Part shown: positions 18,113 through 26,572 of the stretch, one piece after another
Layout: every line of letters begins with the position of its first letter
Position numbering within the stretch: the stretch's first letter is position 1
Sequence record: NZ_CP115547.1
Origin: a plasmid
DNA length: 29,894 nt
Direction: 5' to 3' (one strand)
The notes under the pieces: generated by a model
Databases searched by the model: none
The model's input: only the letters and a program-made list of their open reading frames with translations
What the model was told of the DNA's origin: nothing
Position numbers and translations under genes: made by a program

Positions 18113-18895
18113 TTAAGAAACTGCCTTGTTACCATAAAGGGATATCTTTATTAAATGCAGTTTATAATCTTCTTGTCCCTTTTTATTCTCATCATCAGTA
18201 AGTTGCAGCGTATGTATACTTGATAATGCCATTGCATTAATTGATGCTTGTGAATAACTTGATGCTTTAATAACTCTTCCATATGAATCGAAATCTAATT
18301 TATCACCAATATTAATTCCAGAAGAGCTTGATGCAACTACATAACCTTCAAAGTTATTTGTTATTGGTATTACTGTTGCTACATTACTATATTCATCAAT
18401 GTCAATGCATATTCCATACATATTCTTACCATCAGATACCTCAACAGAGATTGAATCAAGTTTTGTAGTGTCAACTTTTAATTTGACTGCTCGTTTGTAT
18501 GGAAATCCTATAGCAGTGTATTCTTCTAATTTATCAGTACTACTTGATACAGTTGTACATAAAGCATCAAACGTTATATTTTTATCTCTAAAATCAGTTT
18601 GAGGTTTAAAAACTGCCCTCTCTTCATAATTAAAGCTTTTAGAGTATTTCTTTAACTTTAATAAACATTCTTTAAGTGTTTTGCCTTGCTCAGTTTCTAA
18701 AACTGGTGCATGCCTTTTTCCTCTCCTTCTACCTCCTTCTGTATGAGTAGTAGTGAGTTGTGATTGTTCTTGTTCTAGTTGTTTTAAAGCCTCTACAATC
18801 TGAGTATCATCCATGCTAGAATAAATATCAGATTCAGGTGATGATTCTTTCTCTAAATTTGGTATTAAGCTTGTCTTTTGTTCTTTATTAGTCAT
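18113..18895 (-). CDS. Paralogue B (divergent, 260 aa) carrying an N-terminal ~100-aa extension with a basic GGRRRGKRHAP patch
   Basis: Core ...FRDKNITF...GFPYKRAVK...MYGICIDIDEYSNVATVIPITNNFEGYVV... aligns with both flanking paralogues. Confidence 0.5.
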   Translation of the reverse strand: MTNKEQKTSLIPNLEKESSPESDIYSSMDDTQIVEALKQLEQEQSQLTTTHTEGGRRRGKRHAPVLETEQGKTLKECLLKLKKYSKSFNYEERAVFKPQTDFRDKNITFDALCTTVSSSTDKLEEYTAIGFPYKRAVKLKVDTTKLDSISVEVSDGKNMYGICIDIDEYSNVATVIPITNNFEGYVVASSSSGINIGDKLDFDSYGRVIKASSYSQASINAMALSSIHTLQLTDDENKKGQEDYKLHLIKISLYGNKAVS

Positions 18896-19455
18896 TATGA
18901 ACTAAGACCTCTATTACCCAATATACTTACAAGTGCTATGTATAGGTTATCGTTAATTTTAAATGCCTTTGATAATGCAACACCATTAATGGTCCTAGAA
19001 CTTGAACCTGAGTCTTTATCTATCTCACCATTTGAATCAAATTTAATTTTTACTCCTGGTGTAATATTACTTTGACTATCCTTTTTGACTACTAAGTATC
19101 CAGTAAAGTTATTTGTAATAGGAAGTATGCTAGCAGTACTAGTAAATTCATCTATATCAACACATATTCCATATAGATCAGTACCACCTCCAACCTCAAC
19201 ATGCGGTTCATAATCATCATCAAAAGATAATTTAACTCCACGTTTGTATGGATACCCTTTAAAGAAGAAATTCTCTACCCTAGCAACACTACTAGTAATA
19301 GTGCCACCTTGGTTAGCGAAGTGTAAATTTTTATCTTTAAAACCTATATCTACAGAAAAAAGCCCAGCGTCTCTATTTGGGTTCTTCATTAGGTCTTGTA
19401 TCTCTTTTACCTTTTTATCATATTCTTCTTTTAGCTGTGTTATGTTCTGTGACAT
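18895..19455 (-). CDS. Paralogue A of the triplicated family (186 aa)
   Basis: See paralogue C; its stop overlaps the start of paralogue B at 18895. Confidence 0.5.
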   Translation of the reverse strand: MSQNITQLKEEYDKKVKEIQDLMKNPNRDAGLFSVDIGFKDKNLHFANQGGTITSSVARVENFFFKGYPYKRGVKLSFDDDYEPHVEVGGGTDLYGICVDIDEFTSTASILPITNNFTGYLVVKKDSQSNITPGVKIKFDSNGEIDKDSGSSSRTINGVALSKAFKINDNLYIALVSILGNRGLSS

Positions 19456-19467
19456 AAATATTACTCC

Positions 19468-20145
19468 TTAAGCGGTTTTTTGGTTTTTAAGATTATAAAA
19501 CTGTTCTCGTCTTAACTTGTAAGCATTAACAATAGCAATATTAAGCTCAGTAAAGTTATTTGGACTAAAATTAGGATCAAGTATTGATAATTCTTCATTT
19601 GATAAGTTAAGTTTAATATCACTCTTAGAATTGATGGTATTAGCTTGTATTCTTTTCTTTATATTTACTTTAGCAAGATTAACAAGTTGTTCAAGCACCT
19701 CTCCATCTAAATGCTGTGTGTCTCGTACTTTAGCAATAGCGTAAATATCATCAGCTGGTACGTATTTTCTAACAAGCTCTCTACGTTGTGCTTGCATTAT
19801 ATCTTTTAGTGAGTATCCCTTAGCAAGAAGTGTGTCTTTATTAAAATGTGCACTTAAATGCTTACTTGCCAAAGTATCAATCTCATTAATACGAGTAGCT
19901 TCAAGTAATAATTTCTGATCTTGTTCTTCCCTTGCTTGTGCATCTGCAAGTTCACGTGAGATCCTTTCATTAATACTTAACTGTTTTGTAGAAGAATCTT
20001 GTGTCTTTGATTCTTTATATGCCATGTATTCTTCATAGTCTTTTAAACTTAAAGTAACACTCTCTAAGTTATTACTAAGCTCTCCTGTGTTTGTATTAGT
20101 AGTATCTTTACTCTCTTGTGTACTCGCCTCTATATCTTGATTCAT
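19468..20145 (-). CDS. Putative scaffolding protein (225 aa, acidic coiled-coil)
   Basis: Glu/Gln-rich helical protein lying between the portal-like gene and the capsid-region genes. Confidence 0.3.
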   Translation of the reverse strand: MNQDIEASTQESKDTTNTNTGELSNNLESVTLSLKDYEEYMAYKESKTQDSSTKQLSINERISRELADAQAREEQDQKLLLEATRINEIDTLASKHLSAHFNKDTLLAKGYSLKDIMQAQRRELVRKYVPADDIYAIAKVRDTQHLDGEVLEQLVNLAKVNIKKRIQANTINSKSDIKLNLSNEELSILDPNFSPNNFTELNIAIVNAYKLRREQFYNLKNQKTA

Positions 20146-20156
20146 AATCTCTCCTT

Positions 20157-21362
20157 TTAATTTTCATAAAAAAATAAAGCAGATCTTAACGCGTTAAGAT
20201 CTGTTTTATTTAAATAATTACTTGTTTCTAATTCCTTATATTTACGTGTTAATTCTATGAGTTTAAAGTCTCGCTCAATTTTTTCTTCTTCACTAAGTAT
20301 ATGCAGTGAATTAAACCTCATATCTAAGTGGTAATGCTTGTTTAATTTGCTATTAATAGCAACCTCTAACTTTTCTTGTACACTCTTTAAAAAGTCATAG
20401 TAATTACTTCTATCACCCTTACCATCACTACCCAGTCCCTTAACTTGTTCATTAAAGCTTCGTGTTAATGGCTCTTTTGTATCAGCACCTATTTTTGCTT
20501 TTACTAATGCTAAGGCTTCCTTAAGGTAGTTCATATCATACTTTATGACTTCCATTGAAGCATCCGTTTCACAGCTATAAAAAATCCCATTATTATCTAA
20601 ATTAGATTTAAGTCTTGCTAGCTCACTTACTAATTCATCATCGGTATTACTTATCGAAGTGTCATTATTCTCATTTTTAGACTTAGTGCTAGTAAAGAAT
20701 TCTTTAAAGAAATTACCTCTATTCTTACTCTCTTTTGACATAGCAGCAGTGGAAAGTGCATCTTTAATATGTGAGAGTGATTCGTCTTTGTAAAATAAAA
20801 AATTATGGGTTTCTATTCTCTTCTCTATCTCTTGATAGATCTTTTCTAGTAAATACACATCAAGAAGAAAGCTTTCACTGTAACATGGACTATACGCCCC
20901 AAGAATATAATCATAATTAGAGTATACGATTAACCTGCTTTTGTGTATTTTTAAGGTAGTAAACCCTGAAGAACTTATATCTTTAGCTTCACTTTTCAAG
21001 TAATAATTTATGTGACTAGACTCTGGGCCAAGGTCTTGTACCTTAGAATAATCTAGATACATAAATCCTATGGGCAGTTCACTATTAACTTCCAAGTGCA
21101 AATCACCTTTCTGGTCTGCAGTTTTAACTAAAATATACCCAACGCCATTAAACCTACAACTAATAATGCACTGCATGAGTGATTCTTTGAGCTCTAGCTT
21201 AAGTTTATCTAATTCTTCACACATAGATGTAACAGAAGAAGACGTACTTTGCAAACTAATTCCATTCTTGAGCACGTCTTCTGCTACATTCTCTATATAA
21301 TTTCTAAAAAATATTGAGTACTTGTATAAGTCTCTTGCATTTATTTTAAATCTTAAACTCAT
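20157..21362 (-). CDS. Putative portal protein (401 aa)
   Basis: Size and position downstream of the terminase large subunit in the head module. Confidence 0.4.
   Translation of the reverse strand: MSLRFKINARDLYKYSIFFRNYIENVAEDVLKNGISLQSTSSSVTSMCEELDKLKLELKESLMQCIISCRFNGVGYILVKTADQKGDLHLEVNSELPIGFMYLDYSKVQDLGPESSHINYYLKSEAKDISSSGFTTLKIHKSRLIVYSNYDYILGAYSPCYSESFLLDVYLLEKIYQEIEKRIETHNFLFYKDESLSHIKDALSTAAMSKESKNRGNFFKEFFTSTKSKNENNDTSISNTDDELVSELARLKSNLDNNGIFYSCETDASMEVIKYDMNYLKEALALVKAKIGADTKEPLTRSFNEQVKGLGSDGKGDRSNYYDFLKSVQEKLEVAINSKLNKHYHLDMRFNSLHILSEEEKIERDFKLIELTRKYKELETSNYLNKTDLNALRSALFFYEN
20173..20210 (-). terminator. 38-bp near-perfect palindrome (core CAGATCTTAACGCGTTAAGATCTG) plus U-run: candidate intra-operon terminator/attenuator
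   Basis: 38 nt with a single mismatch to its own reverse complement. On the - strand it is followed by TTTTTATGAAAAT. It lies inside the last 15 codons of the portal-like gene, 25 nt before the next gene's RBS. Confidence 0.4.
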
Positions 21363-21487
21363 TTAAATATTCTTTTTAAATTTATATTAGCAAATATAGT
21401 GCAATAATTAGTTTTTGCTATATGTACTTAACAAAAAAATATTATGATTTTTACAAAAAAATTTTGATTGATTTTAGAATGGATTTA

Positions 21488-22042
21488 TTACTTATTTAAT
21501 ATTGAATACACTATTGGGATTAGTGTTAATAACGTACCTACAAATAATGTAATTACAGTACCAAACATCCAATAATGTAATTTAGATGAACTTTCAAGTT
21601 TTGAAGTAATCTTAATAAGTTGACTATTAAGCTCCATCTTATTAATTTCCATATCCTTTCTTACAAGAGCAACTTCATTACTTACAGATGCGATATCAGA
21701 TTTTAAGCCCGCTTCTATTTTCTCAATTTTATTATCAAGATCTCTAATATCAGCTTTTAAACCAGCATCTACCTTTTCAATCTCAAATTTTAAATTTGAT
21801 TCAACTTTTTCAATATCAGCTTTTAATTCATTTCTAACGTTATCAATTTTATTATTTAAGCTATCTTGAACTTTTTCAAGCTTAATGTCAAAGTTTTCTT
21901 TAAGGTACTCAATATCTTTATGAGTAAGCTCATTTTTATAATAGCGGTAAGCGAGGTCCTCAGCAATCTCCTGATTAATGCCCGCTTTAATAAGCTCGGA
22001 CAGTACCATTTGTCTTGTAATAACTGGTTGTGGAAGTCCCAT
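21488..22042 (-). CDS. bdr: Bdr-family (Borrelia direct repeat) membrane-anchored protein
   Basis: Bdr-like conserved N-terminus (PVITRQMVLSELIKAGINQEIAEDLAYRYYKNELTHKDIEYLKENF), central ~11-aa repeats containing KID/KAD tripeptides, and a C-terminal hydrophobic tail (WMFGTVITLFVGTLLTLIPIVYSIL). Confidence 0.65.
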   Translation of the reverse strand: MGLPQPVITRQMVLSELIKAGINQEIAEDLAYRYYKNELTHKDIEYLKENFDIKLEKVQDSLNNKIDNVRNELKADIEKVESNLKFEIEKVDAGLKADIRDLDNKIEKIEAGLKSDIASVSNEVALVRKDMEINKMELNSQLIKITSKLESSSKLHYWMFGTVITLFVGTLLTLIPIVYSILNK

Positions 22043-22082
22043 CTAAAAGCTCCTTATGTAATTATTATATAAGATTTTAAGT

Positions 22083-22092
22083 ATTATAGCAA
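22083..22092 (-). promoter_or_regulatory. Extended -10 promoter TTGCTATAAT for bdr, formed by the terminal codons of terL
   Basis: The - strand reads AAA ATA AGG TTG CTA TAA T, i.e. terL ...IRLL-stop, which equals TGcTATAAT. AAGGAG then lies 7 nt before the bdr ATG. Confidence 0.35.
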
Positions 22093-23436
22093 CCTTATTT
22101 TAGTAAAATGTGCTTTTAAAGCACGTTTATCCAGCGTAAGTAACATATACAAGGCAGACAGGCTATCAAGAGAATCATCATCACCCTTACCATCACCTTT
22201 ATACTTGTAAATATCAGAGATAGCAGATTTACTACTAAAATCTAGAATACTTAAATTTGATGACGTAATGGGATCTATTAATGTAGCAATTCTAGTAAAT
22301 TTATTACTTATGGGTTTAATAGGAGCAATTCTGTAATAATGATTCATATGTGCTCTAAGACCCATAAATGTTTTAGTAATACTACCTTGCCCAGTAGTAT
22401 TATCTCTATCTTCAATATAAAGTGTATGCACATTTAAGTTTTCTAGTATAGTTTTAATTGTATTTAATACCCTTGGGTCACTTGCTGGTAGTTTTTCTTG
22501 AAAAATAAATGCATAAAACTTGTTATCCAGTCTTTCAAGCACACAAAGTGCACTATTATCCCCACCAATACTATAAGCAGGATCTAGGTAGGCTATTGGG
22601 GATTTAAACTCATAGTTACTTATAAGATTAACATTAGTAAATATAGTATCGTGAGATGCAACCCATTCTCCAAGTAACACTCTTGCTTTATATGTGGGCT
22701 GGTCTTTATATAGTTGTTCTTGTGTTTTGATAAAGTCAACTGGTATTAATGCGTTATCATATGTTGTAAAGTTATATGTAGTGTAAGTATCAGTATTATC
22801 AATATAATCAGTTTTAAAATAATGCTCCCGGTGATCAGGATTGGTATCAAAAATGATAGTTTGCTGTCCAACTCTAAGTCTTTTAAGGCATTCTATTAAT
22901 GTCTCTTTATGAAGAGTAGTTGCTTCATTTATGTATATGATAGCAGAATTAGAGCCCCTGAAACGTTCAAAATCACTTGCCTTATCTCCACCATAAAGAT
23001 TAACTCTTAAGGAATCTACTTCAAAATAAGAAGTATTAGAGTACTTTGGTAGGAAAGATATGTTAAGCATACTAGCAATTTTATCAAATTGTCCTAATAC
23101 GTTAATTTCTAATGACTTTTGTGAGTTACCTAAAATAAAGTTATTAGTATCTTGCTTATATAAATGACGACCCTTAAGTAGTATTTTTAAGAACAGGTAA
23201 CATGCTAAGAATGTTTTGCCACTGGCAATTCCACCACAAAGAATAATCTTAGTTTGATTGTGTTTTTCTATGCTCCTTAAAACTTCTAATTGTTTTGGTG
23301 TTAAATGAGCTTGTTCAAAATCTTTAAAGTTAACATTTAAACTTTTAGGTTTAATGTAATCCTTTATATCAATACCATATTTATGTTTATATTTTTTCTG
23401 ATATTTAATAAACAAACTGCTCTTGTACATATCCAT
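22084..23436 (-). CDS. Phage terminase large subunit (450 aa)
   Basis: Walker A motif ILCGGIASGKTF near the N-terminus, nuclease-domain-size C-terminal half, lies directly after the small terminase gene. Confidence 0.8.
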   Translation of the reverse strand: MDMYKSSLFIKYQKKYKHKYGIDIKDYIKPKSLNVNFKDFEQAHLTPKQLEVLRSIEKHNQTKIILCGGIASGKTFLACYLFLKILLKGRHLYKQDTNNFILGNSQKSLEINVLGQFDKIASMLNISFLPKYSNTSYFEVDSLRVNLYGGDKASDFERFRGSNSAIIYINEATTLHKETLIECLKRLRVGQQTIIFDTNPDHREHYFKTDYIDNTDTYTTYNFTTYDNALIPVDFIKTQEQLYKDQPTYKARVLLGEWVASHDTIFTNVNLISNYEFKSPIAYLDPAYSIGGDNSALCVLERLDNKFYAFIFQEKLPASDPRVLNTIKTILENLNVHTLYIEDRDNTTGQGSITKTFMGLRAHMNHYYRIAPIKPISNKFTRIATLIDPITSSNLSILDFSSKSAISDIYKYKGDGKGDDDSLDSLSALYMLLTLDKRALKAHFTKIRLL

Positions 23437-23439
23437 AAG

Positions 23440-23985
23440 TTATTCTTTGTATTTAGTAATATCAAGAACAGCTTTAAGCTTAAGGAGCACTTTGTAACAT
23501 AGATCCATCCTTTTAGTTTCAATGTTTTTTTCAAGCTCTTTAAGCTCACTTAATCTTAAACTAAGTTCAAAGTCATTAGAATCTGTATTTGAGGTATCTT
23601 GTTTATACTGCAGTATTTCATTATGTAATTTGTTGGCCCTTGTAACATCATCTTGTAATTCTAGCTGACAATACTGATTAAATGATGAGAGAAAGGTTAA
23701 TGCGATTTTGTTCTTCTCAATCTCTACTTGGTTTTTAAGTCTATTAGCATGAGTTTCAACCTCTAAACTGCGGGCAAGCATATTATTAAAAGTATCCTCA
23801 CTAATAGTAAGCTTAGACGTACTAGTAATATAATTTGGATTATTTTGTAGGGATTCCCATTTGCGTCTCATCTTACCAACATTAACACGAGACACACCCA
23901 ATTCTTTAGCTATTTGAGAATCGTTAAGTCTAGCTTCCCTAAAGTAGAGGACATAATCATCGTATGTTTTTTTAAGTTTGCTCAT
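23440..23985 (-). CDS. Phage terminase small subunit (HTH-containing, 181 aa)
   Basis: N-terminal helix-turn-helix (LNDSQIAKELGVSRVNVGKMRRKW) followed by a coiled-coil; lies immediately upstream of the large terminase gene. Confidence 0.5.
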   Translation of the reverse strand: MSKLKKTYDDYVLYFREARLNDSQIAKELGVSRVNVGKMRRKWESLQNNPNYITSTSKLTISEDTFNNMLARSLEVETHANRLKNQVEIEKNKIALTFLSSFNQYCQLELQDDVTRANKLHNEILQYKQDTSNTDSNDFELSLRLSELKELEKNIETKRMDLCYKVLLKLKAVLDITKYKE

Positions 23986-24136
23986 ATCCTTTAACTTTAA
24001 TTTAATAAATAAGTTAACATAAACTGTACATCAAAATAACAAAGTTTACAAAAACAATAAATGGTTGTAAAAACCCATACCTTAATAAAGAGATAGAGAT
24101 ATACTTTTAAAAAATGAAAAAAATGAGGAGATATAA

Positions 24137-24577
24137 ATGAGAAGAATTAATGTTGTTTTGATTTTATCACTATTAATTAGTAGTTGCGGTCAAAATGAAC
24201 TTACTAATAGTAGTAAAGAAACAAAAAGTAGAAGTAAAAGAGAATTAAGCGAAGAACAAGTAATAGTAAAAAAAACATCCGAGGAAATATTAAGGGAAAA
24301 ATTAAATGAAGAAGAGAAAACAAATTTAGATTTCTTAAAAGAAGCATTGGGTGATAATGATAAATTCAATCAATTTGTACTTTTAAATGAAAATAAAGTT
24401 AAAGATGCTCTTGAACACATAAAAACTCAAGTTGAACAATGCAATGGCAATGAAGACGGGAAAAAAACGTTTAAAAGTACTGTACAAGGATACTTTAGCG
24501 ACAAAATGGATGAGAGCAAATTAAACCAATTTAAAAGTCAAGCAATAAGCACTTGTCAAGCAGGATCAGGTGGTTAA
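24137..24577 (+). CDS. mlp: Mlp-family (multicopy lipoprotein) surface lipoprotein
   Basis: Lipoprotein signal peptide (LLISS-C) and Mlp hallmark segments (KSRSKRELSEEQ...ILREKLNEEEKTNLDFLKEALGDNDKFNQFVL...CNGNEDGKKTFKSTVQGYFS). Confidence 0.7.
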   Translation: MRRINVVLILSLLISSCGQNELTNSSKETKSRSKRELSEEQVIVKKTSEEILREKLNEEEKTNLDFLKEALGDNDKFNQFVLLNENKVKDALEHIKTQVEQCNGNEDGKKTFKSTVQGYFSDKMDESKLNQFKSQAISTCQAGSGG

Positions 24578-24818
24578 ATGAAAGGCTAAGTTAAGATAGG
24601 AGATTTAAAGTTAGTGATTTAAGAGATAAGTAAAAGAATTAAGTAAAAGGGAATAAAAAAGAGAAAAGTAAACATTTGGTTAACAAGAGGGTAAGAGATA
24701 AGAATTGAGGAAAGATAAGATGCATTGCAAAAGAATAGGAGTTAAAAGATAAGATAAGGGGTAAATATAAAAGGATAGAGGGATAATAGAGGAGGATTAG
24801 ATAAAGTAGTGTATAAAT
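24578..24818 (+). repeat. ~240-bp polypurine/polypyrimidine tract (A+G ~80% on the + strand, ~2% C) with degenerate AAGATAAG-like units
   Basis: Only about 5 C residues between 24578 and 24818. The - strand ORF 24639..24827 is just the pyrimidine-strand translation. Confidence 0.7.
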
Positions 24819-24995
24819 CTTAACCACAAATACCTTAAAGTACCCTTTACTTTTATAAAAGTAACTTTAAATTAAATTTTTCTTGTACAATGAATCACTC
24901 ATAATTTTGACTTTATACTTTAGTATTTGATAAAATTGTGTTAACTATTTTTATGTATTTTTAATACCTTTAGTTAATATGTAAACAAGAATATA

Positions 24996-25751
24996 ATGAA
25001 TGATAAACTAAACTTGAAAATTAAAGAGTTGACCATACAAAATGCAAGGTTAAATGAAGAATTGTCTCTCCTTAAAAGCAAATTTATTAATGATAAGAAT
25101 ACTAAAAAAGTTAAAAAGACTATTCCAGTAAGGTTTTATCTTAATGATAAGACAATAAGACTTGTAAAGAAATGTATAGAAAAACTTAAAAGTCTTGACC
25201 CAATATCTGGTTGGTTTGTATATATCCTCTCAATTACTGGTTGTAGGGGCGTTGAACTGCAAAACGTAAAGCTTACTGATGTAACTAAAGAGAGGGGAAG
25301 TGATGGTGAGGTGTTTTATTCTTTGCGTGTTAACGTGGCAAAAAAGCGTAGTAACATCTGCATAAGGGAAGTGGTTATTAGTAAGTCTGAATTTGAATCT
25401 ATCATGAGCGTACATGAAGACTATTTTAATGCTAAGGGTAAAGACTCTAGGCGTACATATCTCTTTCAAAAAAGTAAAGTTAAATTTAAAAACAACCAAA
25501 TTAGTATAATAAAGATTTCATTGCAATTTAAGGCATTACTTAAAGCTTATGGATTTAAAGAGCGTAAATCACTACATCTATGCAGAAACATATTTATTGC
25601 ATCTCTTAAATCTCGTGGATATAATTCATTTGAAATAAAAGAGCTTATGAAATACTCCTCCACTTCTGAGATTGATAATGTTTATGGGTTATCTAGTGCT
25701 AGTAAGATTCAAGCTTACAGGGATATTAAAAACACTCTTACTTCTAAATAA
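24996..25751 (+). CDS. Small tyrosine recombinase / integrase-family protein (251 aa)
   Basis: Box I-like ITGCRGVELQNVKLTDV, HxxR box (HLCRNIFIASL) and C-terminal tyrosines (KYSS / NVYG) with spacings consistent with the R...HxxR...Y catalytic set; N-terminal coiled-coil. Confidence 0.5.
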   Translation: MNDKLNLKIKELTIQNARLNEELSLLKSKFINDKNTKKVKKTIPVRFYLNDKTIRLVKKCIEKLKSLDPISGWFVYILSITGCRGVELQNVKLTDVTKERGSDGEVFYSLRVNVAKKRSNICIREVVISKSEFESIMSVHEDYFNAKGKDSRRTYLFQKSKVKFKNNQISIIKISLQFKALLKAYGFKERKSLHLCRNIFIASLKSRGYNSFEIKELMKYSSTSEIDNVYGLSSASKIQAYRDIKNTLTSK

Positions 25752-25930
25752 CTATTATTTTTGATAAAATACTTTAAGGTAAAACAATTATTATTTTTTC
25801 ACCGTATTTTCTATCCATTTATAAGCAACAAATACCCAAAGTCGATAAACCTGGTATTTATTGCTTTAAAAAAGTTATTCGTAAATTTTAGTTATATTTA
25901 TTTTTGCTAAAATATGTTATAATGCAATTG

Positions 25931-26020
25931 ATAATATTGTGATAATTTTGAAAAAAACTCATATACCAAAAATATATGATTACCAATAAGAGCACAAGGG
26001 GAGTGCTCTTATTTATTTTT
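25931..26020 (+). ncRNA. Candidate small RNA unit 1: extended -10 promoter (TGtTATAAT, 25915..25923) to an intrinsic terminator (25987..26020)
   Basis: Promoter TTTTTGCTAAAATATGTTATAAT. The terminator is TAAGAGCAC-AAGGGGA-GTGCTCTTA followed by TTTATTTTT. There is no credible ORF between them. Confidence 0.3.
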
Positions 26021-26317
26021 AAAGAGTAAAAATAGTTTACAATATAATTTTTTTTTGATAAAAAAATTAGCATATTTTAATATGCATATATAACCATAAT
26101 TAAACAAATAATTAAGTGCAAATCTTAGATATTTGTTTAATTTATTTTGATAATTTAATGGTATAATAAGCTTTGACTTTAAAACTTAAATAAAAATTTC
26201 TTATTTTTACAAGTATTGCTTACAAAGACACTTAAGTTATTTAGGTGTCTTATAAGCACATTTAAAAACTATCAAAAACACTTCAAATAATTACTATTTT
26301 TTGCTAAAATATTATTA

Positions 26318-26400
26318 ACATCATGTTTTGTGTTTTTGTATTATTTGAATTAAATAGTATCTTTAACAGATTTAAAGGGTATCTATTTGATACCCTTTAG
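26318..26400 (+). ncRNA. Candidate small RNA unit 2: TGcTAAAAT promoter (26302..26310) to an 11-bp stem hairpin (26373..26399)
   Basis: Upstream box AACTATCAAAAACA at 26267..26280, promoter-like TTTTTTGCTAAAATATTATTA, hairpin TAAAGGGTATC-TATTT-GATACCCTTTA; no clear U-run. Confidence 0.25.
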
Positions 26401-26475
26401 GTATTCTTAATTACTTCTAACTATCAAAAACAGATTGCAATAATTATCTTTTTTTGCTAATATAATATTATTAGT

Positions 26476-26572
26476 AGCAAATTACTAATTTTGAACCTTT
26501 AACTTCATTATATTTAATTAATATTTATAATAAGAATAAATACCCAATCTGGTTTTGGGTATTTATTTTCAA
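26476..26572 (+). ncRNA. Candidate small RNA unit 3: TTGCTAATATAAT promoter (26455..26468) to a bidirectional terminator hairpin (26533..26570)
   Basis: A second copy of the AACTATCAAAAACA box at 26420..26433, and a ~55-bp direct repeat of unit 2's promoter region at about 80% identity. The hairpin AAATACCCAA-TCTGGTT-TTGGGTATTT is followed by ATTTTC and also lies 20 nt after the Dam gene stop on the - strand. Confidence 0.25.
26533..26570. terminator. Bidirectional stem-loop terminator ending the - strand Dam operon (and + strand unit 3)
   Basis: A 10 to 15-bp stem with a 7-nt loop, flanked by T-rich sequence on both strands. Confidence 0.45.

Noticed and set aside
23364-23549. 61-aa - strand ORF overlapping the terS/terL junction
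   Set aside because: It is out of frame with both terminase genes and has no independent start signals.
24639-24827. 62-aa - strand ORF
   Set aside because: It is just the translation of the pyrimidine strand of the polypurine tract (Leu/Pro/Ser/Phe-rich). No RBS or start context.
25888-26073. 61-aa - strand ORF in the non-coding array
   Set aside because: It is AT-rich, has no RBS and overlaps the unit-1 promoter and terminator. The promoter-to-terminator architecture on the + strand explains the region better.
26226-26251. Weak hairpin AAGACAC-13 nt-GTGTCTT preceding unit 2
   Set aside because: A 7-bp stem with a 13-nt loop in AT-rich DNA is within chance expectation. It is noted only as context for the repeat unit.
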